In this document: positions 52,372 to 61,562 of the stretch, in pieces | Layout: every line of letters begins with the position of its first letter | How positions within the stretch are numbered: the stretch's first letter is position 1 | Made by a program: the position numbers and the translations under genes | Origin: Paraphysomonas bandaiensis | Lineage: Eukaryota; Protista; Chrysophyceae | Assembly: GCA_965644295.1 (NCBI GenBank) | Contig: CBFFRP010000297.1 | Coordinates: forward strand, 992,001 to 1,056,000 | DNA: 64,000 bases | Direction: 5' to 3' | Notes under the pieces: model-generated | Seen by the model: only the letters and a program-made list of their open reading frames with translations | The model's database searches: none | Told to the model about the DNA's origin: nothing

Positions 52372-53726
52372 CTATATATCACTACGCCCAGGCCCAGTAA
52401 GCTTCATCTCTACTAGTAGAACATGACACCTATCGCCAGAACCAGGGATTATCGTCAAGAGACTCTCTCCAAATACTTCAGCACCATCATGTCGATCCAG
52501 CGTTTCGTTGTCACCGTTTACAGAAATGCAGGCAGATCCCTCTATCATGAGAAGATATCCCTGCCTTTTTACGATAACATATCAGAGGTTTCACAGCAAC
52601 TATATATCTCGACAAACACAGTGCGTATTGATGTCGTTATATTTTTCGGATGTACTTACCTTCCGCTCGAAAGTTGCATTGTTACTTTTTCATCTTTCGA
52701 TATTTCTGTAACATATATATTTGTATCCTGATTTATTTTGATAGGGGTTTCAGCTGGTGATCCTACATCGGACACCATATGATGCCTATGAAGTACCTCA
52801 AAGATGAGAGTAAATAGGAAAAGAAGCACTGTACCATTTATTAGTTCTCAATGAGGAGTCTCCCGCAGCAGACCCATAGTTAGGTGTTAACCCTCGCGTG
52901 CGAGTGTTGATCCATATCTGGATGAATCGCAAAGGTTGCGTCTCATGCAGATTATGCTCGCTATGAACCACGCCTCTGCCAGCAGTCTGTACAATACATT
53001 TACAGTCTTAGTTTCACAGTACGACTAATCATGACTGATGAGCTGACTACCATAAACTGTATGTCCCCACGTGTAAGAGTTTCCTCTGTTCCCATTGAAT
53101 CCTTGTGCGACAGGAAACCGTCAACAATGTAGGTACAGATCTCAACATCTCGATGAGGATGTTCTCCTGCAAAGTATACAGTCGAATAAAACAGCAAATA
53201 AACAGCATCGAACTTCACGTCATCATATACATATATACTTATAAGGGTATTTACCGAATCCACGACACGGCTGTACGAGATCATCATTCATGACTCGTAA
53301 CACTCCAAATCCCATATTGTTAGGATTCGAATATTCCGCAAATGAGAAATGAAATCTGCTTTTAAGCCCTACAGAGACATATGGTTATATAGTGCTATGC
53401 GTATAGCTCTGTGTATAGTTATATATGTGTGTGTCGTTGTATGTATATAGAGTCATATGTATGTATAGTTCAGTGTGTAGATATGTATATGTATAGTTAT
53501 GTATACAGTTATATGTATGTGTGTGTATGTGTGTGTGTGTGTGTGTATGTGTGTGTGTGTGTATGTATGCGTACAGTTCTTGTTAGTCCAGTGGGGGTTC
53601 GAAGGCTCATTGGGAGGGTTACCAAAATAAGAGGGAGGGGGCTCAGATACACCTGAAAGAGGTTATGGATGAGGTGATGTAGAGAGGGGAGATACCGAGT
53701 ATGGTAGATGGGATTTTACGGATCAT
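52372..53726 (-). CDS. Pirin-family cupin (YhhW-like), multi-exon
   Basis: WLKSRFHFSFAEY, FGVLRVMNDDLV, GFGEHPHRDVEICTY, HKDSMG, MTAGRGVVHSE, FIQIW. Stop at 52372. Confidence 0.92.
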
Positions 53727-53922
53727 TTGGATGATGTTATTCTTGTGATGTAATATGACCACCCCATAGAGACATACCCATATATACATACACATACATA
53801 TATACACACATATATATACACACACATATATATACACACACATATATATACACACACATATATATATACACACCATACCCTCCTACACACCAGATCCAGG
53901 TGAAAATATTCTCAGAAATATC

Positions 53923-54076
53923 ACATACGTACATACATACATACATACATACATACATACATACATACATACATACATACATACATACATACATACATAC
54001 ATACATACATACATACATACATACATACATACATACGTACATACATACATACATACATACATACATACATACATAC
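53923..54076. repeat. (TACA)n microsatellite upstream of pirin, abutting the viral element
   Basis: About 38 near-perfect units. Confidence 0.97.
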
Positions 54077-54084
54077 TGTGGCAT

Positions 54085-54266
54085 GAAACTCCTAGTTTTA
54101 GGGCTGGGAGTTTCTTTCCTTCGGGAAACGTGGGGTTTCCCTTCAGGATACGGTAGTCTAGTGACACACAAGCAGGGGGAAGGGAAACGGACGCTCTGTG
54201 CCGCTTAGGCATCCCTCCTGAGCCGGGAGGCTCTTCGTATAGTTATAAAACATTCGTTTTATAACT
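54085..54266. other. Cluster of stem-loops at the viral terminus
   Basis: At least five inverted repeats, including TTTCC-TTCG-GGAAA, GTTTCCCTTC/GAAGGGAAAC and AGTTATAAAAC-ATTC-GTTTTATAACT. Confidence 0.75.
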
Positions 54267-54653
54267 CTTCCTTTTCACTCTAAGTATATAATTAATACTA
54301 TACTTTAAATACTATACTTTAAATACTAATATTAATAATCTATACTTTAAACTGTTTTATAATACTATATACTTTAAATAATAATATTTCTAATTTATCC
54401 ACTTTATACAATGAAAAGTAACACACCTGACAACATGGATAAAATGGATAATATTTTAAAGGATAATAAAAAAGTTATAAAAATAGTTTTGAAATTGAAA
54501 AATCCACCCAATCTATCCAGCATGAATAAGAAGAGAAGGAAGACAACTTCTAGATCTTCAAAAGACTAAAGAGTGTGTCGAATGTGAAAAAGTGATAACG
54601 ATTATAAAGCACACTCACACGCAAAAAACAATATACAAAATGGAACAGAGAGT

Positions 54654-55070
54654 TTATATGTCTACTTTTACATTCTCTCTATAGACTGTTATAACATTGC
54701 TTCTTTCATTGAGAACTTGTTTCTTTAGTTTCTTTGGTTTCTTGTCAGTTTCTTTCTTGATTGCTTCTTTTACTTTCGTTTTATCATTAAGACAAGGAAC
54801 AGTGTTTATATAGTGCTTTAACTTTTCAATTGCTTCATCTTTTGATTTAAACTCTTCAATAATTACCATGTTACAACGCTTAACACCTTTTAAACTGAAT
54901 AATTTGAATACTGGATGTGCAAAATCTCCGTTTTTGTCATAACGATGCGTCATATACCTCTTTTTTAGGTAGAAATAATAAAATTTATAAGATTTTTTTG
55001 TTGATACTCCAAAATAGCAGTTTTTTGAGTTTCTATGACCTTGATATTGAATTCTATAGATAACATACAT
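54654..55070 (-). CDS. GIY-YIG-like endonuclease
   Basis: N-terminal VIYRI...YFGVS and a downstream helix ending CLN. The usual catalytic Arg and Glu are not clearly placed. Confidence 0.55.
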   Translation of the reverse strand: MYVIYRIQYQGHRNSKNCYFGVSTKKSYKFYYFYLKKRYMTHRYDKNGDFAHPVFKLFSLKGVKRCNMVIIEEFKSKDEAIEKLKHYINTVPCLNDKTKVKEAIKKETDKKPKKLKKQVLNERSNVITVYRENVKVDI

Positions 55071-55136
55071 ATATATATACATATGTTAGATAAAAATATT
55101 ACTCTGTTGTTGAGTCAATCTGATATTAACATGAAA

Positions 55137-55592
55137 TTAATGAATATAAGTTTCACTTAATTTATTATTTAGTTTTGCAAATTCAATTCTTTGTTCTTCA
55201 ACACTTTTAATTTGTGATGGTATACATGTAAATACATCAATAATGTCTAAGAAATACAATCCATTTGAATGAAACCATTCCATATTAGCTTTATAAACAG
55301 AATGATGACAACGAAATTTATTATACTTTGAATCTTTTGAAACATAATATTTTCCATTGCTTGCATTATAATTACTTAAATCATCAATTTCAAAAGATTT
55401 TTCTTTATACATTGTCATTGAATCAGATAGTGCACAATATACATATTTGTCATATAAACTTTCATTATTTAAATAGTCTTCAAGAGGTAATATGTATAAG
55501 TAAGAGTTAGAATCAAACATAACATGAGGTGATGTTTTTAAAATTTCTTCATCTTCATTGGAATGAATAATTAATTTGATGCATTTAATCAT
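55137..55592 (-). CDS. Viral hypothetical protein
   Basis: 151 aa ORF preceded by TTATTATATAAG-ATG like the other viral genes. Confidence 0.7.
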   Translation of the reverse strand: MIKCIKLIIHSNEDEEILKTSPHVMFDSNSYLYILPLEDYLNNESLYDKYVYCALSDSMTMYKEKSFEIDDLSNYNASNGKYYVSKDSKYNKFRCHHSVYKANMEWFHSNGLYFLDIIDVFTCIPSQIKSVEEQRIEFAKLNNKLSETYIH

Positions 55593-55644
55593 CTTATATA
55601 ATAATAACTTATATTTTATTTTTAAAAAACTTATTTATAAAATA

Positions 55645-56445
55645 TTACTCTGTTGTTGAGTCGAGACTCCATGTATCTCCCGTTAATCTGAAATTGATAG
55701 TATTGAACATACTATAACCTGCTGATGCGATAACAATCCTTATATATGAATATCTCTTTGTCGTTGTCACTGATTCAGTAAATAAAGTTGAATCTTGAGT
55801 TCCTGGAAATGCGACATCATCTATATAATTCCATGTTGAGCCATCATCAGAGCCCAATATATAACAAGCTTTCATTGTTCTCTCTTGTGGTGTGCTTCTC
55901 TCTTGAGTTGATATAGATGTTAAACGAATCTTATAAGGTAATTGAACTTGAACCCATTCACCGTCGATTGTTTGATTAGTGTCGTAGGTTGTTGAAAAGT
56001 AATAGTTTGTTCCATTGCTACCAATATAATTACCTGTTGTTCCGTCATAAGCTTCACCAGAAGGCATGGTATGTAAAACGCCGTCTCTGTAATTGTCTAT
56101 ACCATTCGGACCACTGTTATATCTGTTATTACCCCAGAATGTATCATCACTGTCATCAAATAGTAAGTTACATGAATTTAAAGGATCGGCTGTTCTATAT
56201 CTACCATATGAAGAACAAATCAAATTATAATCTCCATTAGCGTAAGCAGTTGAACCACTTCCACCAGAATAAGACTTTGTAATGTGAGTGTCAAATACAT
56301 CTTGACCGTTAAAAGCAGTTGGAAGACCTGTAAACGATGTAGGGAAAGTAACATTTGTTTGATATTGTGTATTTGTGACACCTCCTTCTGTAACTTTGTA
56401 TTTGTTGATGTGATTAGCAATGTTGATAATAGAAGATAATGACAT
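55645..56445 (-). CDS. Discoidin/F5-8 type C (galactose-binding-like) domain protein, candidate receptor-binding virion protein
   Basis: LFDDSDDTFW, GEWVQVQLP, ILGSDDGSTW, YSYIRIV. Confidence 0.78.
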   Translation of the reverse strand: MSLSSIINIANHINKYKVTEGGVTNTQYQTNVTFPTSFTGLPTAFNGQDVFDTHITKSYSGGSGSTAYANGDYNLICSSYGRYRTADPLNSCNLLFDDSDDTFWGNNRYNSGPNGIDNYRDGVLHTMPSGEAYDGTTGNYIGSNGTNYYFSTTYDTNQTIDGEWVQVQLPYKIRLTSISTQERSTPQERTMKACYILGSDDGSTWNYIDDVAFPGTQDSTLFTESVTTTKRYSYIRIVIASAGYSMFNTINFRLTGDTWSLDSTTE

Positions 56446-56495
56446 TGTATATATATATATATGTTAGAAATAATTATATAATGTATTATTATATA

Positions 56496-57548
56496 ATGAG
56501 TATTTATCCAAAGCCGAAACCTTCAAATGGAGTGTTCAATCCTTCAAATTACACATATATAAAAGATAGCATTGTTGATATTGACTTAACAGGATACATT
56601 CAAAAGAGTGGAGATGTTATGAGTGGAACACTTGTTACACCATCTTTAAACTTATATGGAGATGGACAATTGTCATTCAATGATAACTCAATACAAACAA
56701 CAGCAATGACAGATAGTTTGAAAGCAGATATTGAAACTAGCAAAACAAAGACAACTAATCTAGCTTATGATGGAACGAATACATCAATCTCTGGAAGTGT
56801 AGAAGTATCAAAAATAATATTTCCTGATTCAAGTGAACAAACTGTAGCATTCACAAATGGATTGAAAACGACATATGATAACTATGAAACAAACAAACAA
56901 GATTTAATAACATCAGGAAACAGAATAGATTGTAGTTTGATAGGAAATGGACTAATAACAAATAATGAGTTAGATAAACTAAACAATGTTTCATCAAATA
57001 TTCAAAATCAATTGGATGCTTTAGGACATGGACTAGGAAGTATATCAAAAACTTATGAATTTGACAAAGGTGAAATGATAGGTTATAATTCAACGAATAT
57101 GACTAATGGTAATATATCTGGAATAGTAAGCGTTGGATCTGGTGTTTTATATGCATCACATAATCCAACTCACACATCAGAATATAATATATTAGCCCCA
57201 TATATTCCGCCTGTTGATGATTTCTTTGATTCATTCGGATATATAAAAAAGTTAGGTAGATATTTAGTTATTCATCAATGGGAATTAGGAACACTTGAAT
57301 CTATAAATCATTTCTTTACTCACATTGAATTACATAAAAATGATGTTTTGCATAAGAAGTCTCGGGTATCGGGTGAACACTGGAATTCTAATCGTGGTTC
57401 TATTGAATACATCACTGGTGAAACTACATTTTATATTACAGTGGATGAGTTATCAACATATTCACTATTCTTTAAGACTGATTATGATTTTGACGGTGCA
57501 AACAGTGATACAGTTTTAAAATCAACTATAGAGATAGTTCAAATATAA
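56496..57548 (+). CDS. Fibre/spike-like virion protein
   Basis: N-terminal MSIYPKP...VFNPSNY, fibre-type YIQKSGDVMSGTL, repeated F.D.S.QT.A, SSNIQNQLD, and a beta-rich C-terminal head. Confidence 0.62.
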   Translation: MSIYPKPKPSNGVFNPSNYTYIKDSIVDIDLTGYIQKSGDVMSGTLVTPSLNLYGDGQLSFNDNSIQTTAMTDSLKADIETSKTKTTNLAYDGTNTSISGSVEVSKIIFPDSSEQTVAFTNGLKTTYDNYETNKQDLITSGNRIDCSLIGNGLITNNELDKLNNVSSNIQNQLDALGHGLGSISKTYEFDKGEMIGYNSTNMTNGNISGIVSVGSGVLYASHNPTHTSEYNILAPYIPPVDDFFDSFGYIKKLGRYLVIHQWELGTLESINHFFTHIELHKNDVLHKKSRVSGEHWNSNRGSIEYITGETTFYITVDELSTYSLFFKTDYDFDGANSDTVLKSTIEIVQI

Positions 57549-57594
57549 AAGAATCAATATATTTTTCTAAACAATGTTATATATACAGTATAAG

Positions 57595-58290
57595 ATGGTT
57601 GATATAGTAAATTTTTATGAATTAGATGAAGTGAAAGCCTTTCAAACAGAAGCTATCAATCCTAACTATGGAAAACATGGAATCAAAGTTCCTTTCAGAA
57701 TGTTAATCGTTGGAGCATCTGGAGCAGGTAAGTCGAATATCGTTTTGAATATGATTCGTGTTATGAATAATACTTTTCACAAGATTATATTATACACAAG
57801 GAACAAGAAGGAGCCATTATACGAATACTTAGAAAGTAAGTTAGAAGACAATGATGACTTATTTGAAGTTCACGAAGGTTTAGAGCATTTAAGAAAAGTG
57901 AATATTGACAAAGAGTATTTCGGACAAACATTAATAATATTTGATGACTTAGTCAATGAGAAGAATCAAGATATAATAGGTGAAATGTTCTTAAGAGGTC
58001 GTAAAATTGGTGTATCATTGATATATTTGACTCAGAAATACGCACAAGTTCCAACACTAGTTAGAGAGCAATTAAACTATTTGATAATGAAGAAGATATC
58101 AGGCAAAAGAGATATAACATATTTGATGAGAAATCACGCTTTAAGTGGAGATATTAAACAACTTTTAAATATGTATAAGTATTGTGTAAACAAAGACATA
58201 ACGAACTTTTTATTAATTGATTTAGAAGCACCAAGTGAGAGAGCATTCAGAAAGAACTTTAATGAAATCTTGAATATAGAAGCATTTTAA
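57595..58290 (+). CDS. A32-like (FtsK-HerA) DNA packaging ATPase
   Basis: PFRMLIVGASGAGKS (Walker A), LIIFDD (Walker B), RGRK arginine finger, LTQ motif. Confidence 0.93.
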   Translation: MVDIVNFYELDEVKAFQTEAINPNYGKHGIKVPFRMLIVGASGAGKSNIVLNMIRVMNNTFHKIILYTRNKKEPLYEYLESKLEDNDDLFEVHEGLEHLRKVNIDKEYFGQTLIIFDDLVNEKNQDIIGEMFLRGRKIGVSLIYLTQKYAQVPTLVREQLNYLIMKKISGKRDITYLMRNHALSGDIKQLLNMYKYCVNKDITNFLLIDLEAPSERAFRKNFNEILNIEAF

Positions 58291-58324
58291 TAAAATATAA
58301 TGTGTTTGTATTATATATAGAAAC

Positions 58325-59725
58325 ATGTTATCAAGTTATGAAATAAGAAGATTAGGTCCAAAGGAAAGAGAAAGATATTTCAGACAAAAGGAACTAAACA
58401 ACTTAAAGATATTATCAGACATCAGCAAGAACATATCAGAAGAGCAACAACACATAGAAGAAGGCATTATACCAGAAGTGAGAGATAAAAGAACACTAGC
58501 AGAGAAAGAAGAAGATAATATATTACAATTACAGACAGCACAAAAGAACGCTTTAAAGTTGTTTAAAAATGACGGTAATGAAGCACAAGACTTTTTAAAT
58601 AAATTAAAGAACAGTAGATATAACGATTTTGTTGACTTTAACAAGTATTTTTTAGGCATGTTTTCTTCTTTATCTAATAAGGTTGGTAAACTGCGAGCAC
58701 AAGAAATGTATGATTTTGTTTATAGATATCTTGAAAATCAAAAGAACACATCAGGAATACGAAATCTTCTATCATCAGAACAAGAAGTTGATGCAATAAT
58801 ACGACATTTAACTAATATAGCAGGTATATCAAGAGAAACTAGAAGTGATTTAAATGATAGATTAGAAGCATTACAACAAACTTTAGAATCATTGATTCAG
58901 AAATATGGAGAAAGCAAAGTGAAACAAGCTTATGAAATGTCAGATTTACCTGTCTTTGATGAAGAAGTGGATGAAGACACAATAGTTCCAGAAATACAAA
59001 AGATAGATAAAAAGTCATTAGAAAGTTTCTCAAGACAATTTCAAAGTTATCCAGTTATTGACGATTACGAAGATTCAATATCATCAATAACGAATCAAGA
59101 TGAAGATTTCAGTATTGAAAATGATGATTATGACTTTAGCTTTGACGATGAAAGAGAAGATGATGATGATGATGAAGAGAAAGAAGAGAAAGAGATAAAA
59201 GAAGTAAAAGAAGTATATGATGAAAAGACACAACGAGCCATAAATAAAGTAAACTCAATGACATTAGAAGAAATGAAAGCAATGTCAGGTAATGTAATAA
59301 GATTGATAAGAATATTGAATCAAGGAGGAGATGATTACAGAGATAGTTCAACACGAGTTAATAAAGATGATTTAAACGCTTACAATGAAGTTGCACCACT
59401 CTTTACACCAAGAGGAGGAAAAGCAACTGGAATACAAAAGAAGAGTTTATACAAATTTGTCAAAGACTCAGGAATCAAAACGATAGATAGAGTATTAAGA
59501 GAAAGAATAGCAGAACAAGAAGGAGATGTCGCAGAAGCAAAACAACCGAGAGAACCGAGAAAATTAATTACACGAACTATACACGATATAAGAAGAGAAG
59601 AAGAAGAGAAGAAAAGAAAAGACGATGAAGATGAAGTAGAAGAAGAACCACAAGAAGGTGTTTTAAAAGAAGGTAACGGATTGATGATTAGAAAGATAGG
59701 AAGTATGAAAGTTAGATTCGGTTAA
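58325..59725 (+). CDS. Viral hypothetical protein, highly charged
   Basis: 466 aa intact ORF within the morphogenesis block. Confidence 0.78.
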   Translation: MLSSYEIRRLGPKERERYFRQKELNNLKILSDISKNISEEQQHIEEGIIPEVRDKRTLAEKEEDNILQLQTAQKNALKLFKNDGNEAQDFLNKLKNSRYNDFVDFNKYFLGMFSSLSNKVGKLRAQEMYDFVYRYLENQKNTSGIRNLLSSEQEVDAIIRHLTNIAGISRETRSDLNDRLEALQQTLESLIQKYGESKVKQAYEMSDLPVFDEEVDEDTIVPEIQKIDKKSLESFSRQFQSYPVIDDYEDSISSITNQDEDFSIENDDYDFSFDDEREDDDDDEEKEEKEIKEVKEVYDEKTQRAINKVNSMTLEEMKAMSGNVIRLIRILNQGGDDYRDSSTRVNKDDLNAYNEVAPLFTPRGGKATGIQKKSLYKFVKDSGIKTIDRVLRERIAEQEGDVAEAKQPREPRKLITRTIHDIRREEEEKKRKDDEDEVEEEPQEGVLKEGNGLMIRKIGSMKVRFG

Positions 59726-59774
59726 TATTCAATAGTATAAAATATAATATAATATAATAGTATATTATAGAATA

Positions 59775-60233
59775 ATGACAATTAAAAAGAACTATAAAAA
59801 GTTTTACAAACTACAAATCAATGTAATGAAGCTATTAGACAATAAGTTAATGATATTGTATGAGACAGGGTCACCTTTCAGCAGATATATAAAGACACGA
59901 ACAATAAGTCCAGAGTTTGCGAGTGTGTTGTTAAACTTGATAGACACAAATGAACTGAACTATGAAACGATAAAACGACTAACAGAAGAAGAGAAGAAGT
60001 TATTTAACATCATAATGACACAATCAGGAGCAAAGACAGAATTGAAATACAAAGAACCAGAACTAACGGAAGAAGATCTGTTAAAGAGATTTGAACTATT
60101 ACAAGCTAGTATAAGAGCAGGAAACAATAGCAATGAAGTATTAAAAGAAGGAATAGACATATTGAAAAGATTAAATAAGTTAGGTAGAATTGATGATGAC
60201 CAGTTAACAGAAATTTTGGAGAGTTTAGAATAA
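59775..60233 (+). CDS. Small viral protein with an RFELLQASIRAGNN motif
   Basis: Intact ORF. The motif resembles, from recall, one in Polinton/adintovirus-type small proteins; function unknown. Confidence 0.7.
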   Translation: MTIKKNYKKFYKLQINVMKLLDNKLMILYETGSPFSRYIKTRTISPEFASVLLNLIDTNELNYETIKRLTEEEKKLFNIIMTQSGAKTELKYKEPELTEEDLLKRFELLQASIRAGNNSNEVLKEGIDILKRLNKLGRIDDDQLTEILESLE

Positions 60234-60270
60234 CTATTTGTAAAATTATTATATAAGTAAATATTATATA

Positions 60271-61158
60271 ATGTCAGACACAAATTATAACTACAACACA
60301 ATTATATTAAACAAAAACAATATAGTTCCAGGTTCAAAGAATTCAGTGTTCAAATATACTTTCAATCAATCATTAAGACTAAACAATTGTTCACTAGCTA
60401 TTCAAAGTATCAATATGTATTACAGTTGGTTTAACATATCAGACTATTTCAGAAATAACAAGTTTTCATATGTATGGTTTGACAATGCAGGAGAATTGAA
60501 CACAACTATAGATATAACAATTCCAGACGGCTATTATACAGTTGAATTATTGAATAAGTTTTTACAATCTGAATTAGAGAAAAGAGGTCATTACTTGGTT
60601 CAAGAAAGCACGGGAGATTTTGCTTATCACATAGAATTCATTTCAAATGTAAGTTATTATTCAGTTCAATTGAATGTGTATGCAATGATGACAGAAGCTC
60701 AAGCAGGGACAGATTTCGTTAAAGGTTCAGAGACTTGGTCTTATCCTTCAACAGCCACAACACCTCAACTAGTTGTTTCAAATTCTTCTTCATTTGGAGA
60801 CTTAATAGGATATTCTAATGGAACATATCCATCAACAGCGTCAAGCACAAATACAACTTTTCTGTCAGATAAGACGCCGAATATGACGCCTGTTAGCTCT
60901 ATAAATGTCGTTTGTTCAATGACAACTCAAAACGGCTTTAGTAATCCTGATGGACTGTTATATTCATTTACAAGTGGTAGTGTTGAATTTGGAGGTATGA
61001 TAGACAGAGAACCAAAAACGGAGTCTTTTGTTAAGGTGAGAGATGGTTTATATTCAAGCTTTACAATAGAACTATATGACCAAGACATGAGAAGATTAGA
61101 TATAAGAGACGCTGAAACGGTTATAATGTTAATTATTAAGAGTCCTGATGAAGATTAA
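60271..61158 (+). CDS. Minor capsid (penton) protein, single jelly-roll
   Basis: LAIQSINMYYSWFNIS..NNKF, ITIPDGYYTVELLN, SINVVCS, FTIELYDQ; beta-rich, 295 aa, upstream of the MCP. Confidence 0.82.
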   Translation: MSDTNYNYNTIILNKNNIVPGSKNSVFKYTFNQSLRLNNCSLAIQSINMYYSWFNISDYFRNNKFSYVWFDNAGELNTTIDITIPDGYYTVELLNKFLQSELEKRGHYLVQESTGDFAYHIEFISNVSYYSVQLNVYAMMTEAQAGTDFVKGSETWSYPSTATTPQLVVSNSSSFGDLIGYSNGTYPSTASSTNTTFLSDKTPNMTPVSSINVVCSMTTQNGFSNPDGLLYSFTSGSVEFGGMIDREPKTESFVKVRDGLYSSFTIELYDQDMRRLDIRDAETVIMLIIKSPDED

Positions 61159-61199
61159 AACGATATAGTATATTTTTTTATATAATACTATTATATAAG

Positions 61200-61514
61200 A
61201 TGTCATATTATAAAATGATTGGTGGAAGAATGAGAAGACAAGTTCTTCCTTCATATGAAGAGTTAATACAAGAAGCAACCAAGAAAGAAGATAAGATAAA
61301 AGAAGACAGAAGTGTTCCCGTGATTGTTGAACATAAACAGAAAGTAGAAAACATAAAGAAACCTAATATAAGTTTGAGTGATAAACTGATGAGTATCAAA
61401 GTAAAACCAAGAACGGAAGGTAAAGGACAAGAGAGAACCAAAGATGAATTATTTGAAAGTGTAAACAATGTGTCAATGGAAAGATTAAAGAAATTTGCTA
61501 ATTTAAAAGTATAG
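61200..61514 (+). CDS. Small basic viral protein
   Basis: 104 aa ORF between the mCP and MCP with the viral promoter motif. Confidence 0.7.
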   Translation: MSYYKMIGGRMRRQVLPSYEELIQEATKKEDKIKEDRSVPVIVEHKQKVENIKKPNISLSDKLMSIKVKPRTEGKGQERTKDELFESVNNVSMERLKKFANLKV

Positions 61515-61562
61515 AATAATTTATTATAAAATATTTTATAATCTAAGTGTATATTATACAAT

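Noticed and set aside
54097-54103. TTTAGGG telomere-like heptamer in the viral terminus
   Set aside because: A single copy in a hairpin loop, expected by chance.
54520-54655. Short frame ECVECEKVIT...KHTHTQK resembling a C2H2 zinc finger
   Set aside because: No convincing start codon and the spacing is broken; at most a decayed remnant.
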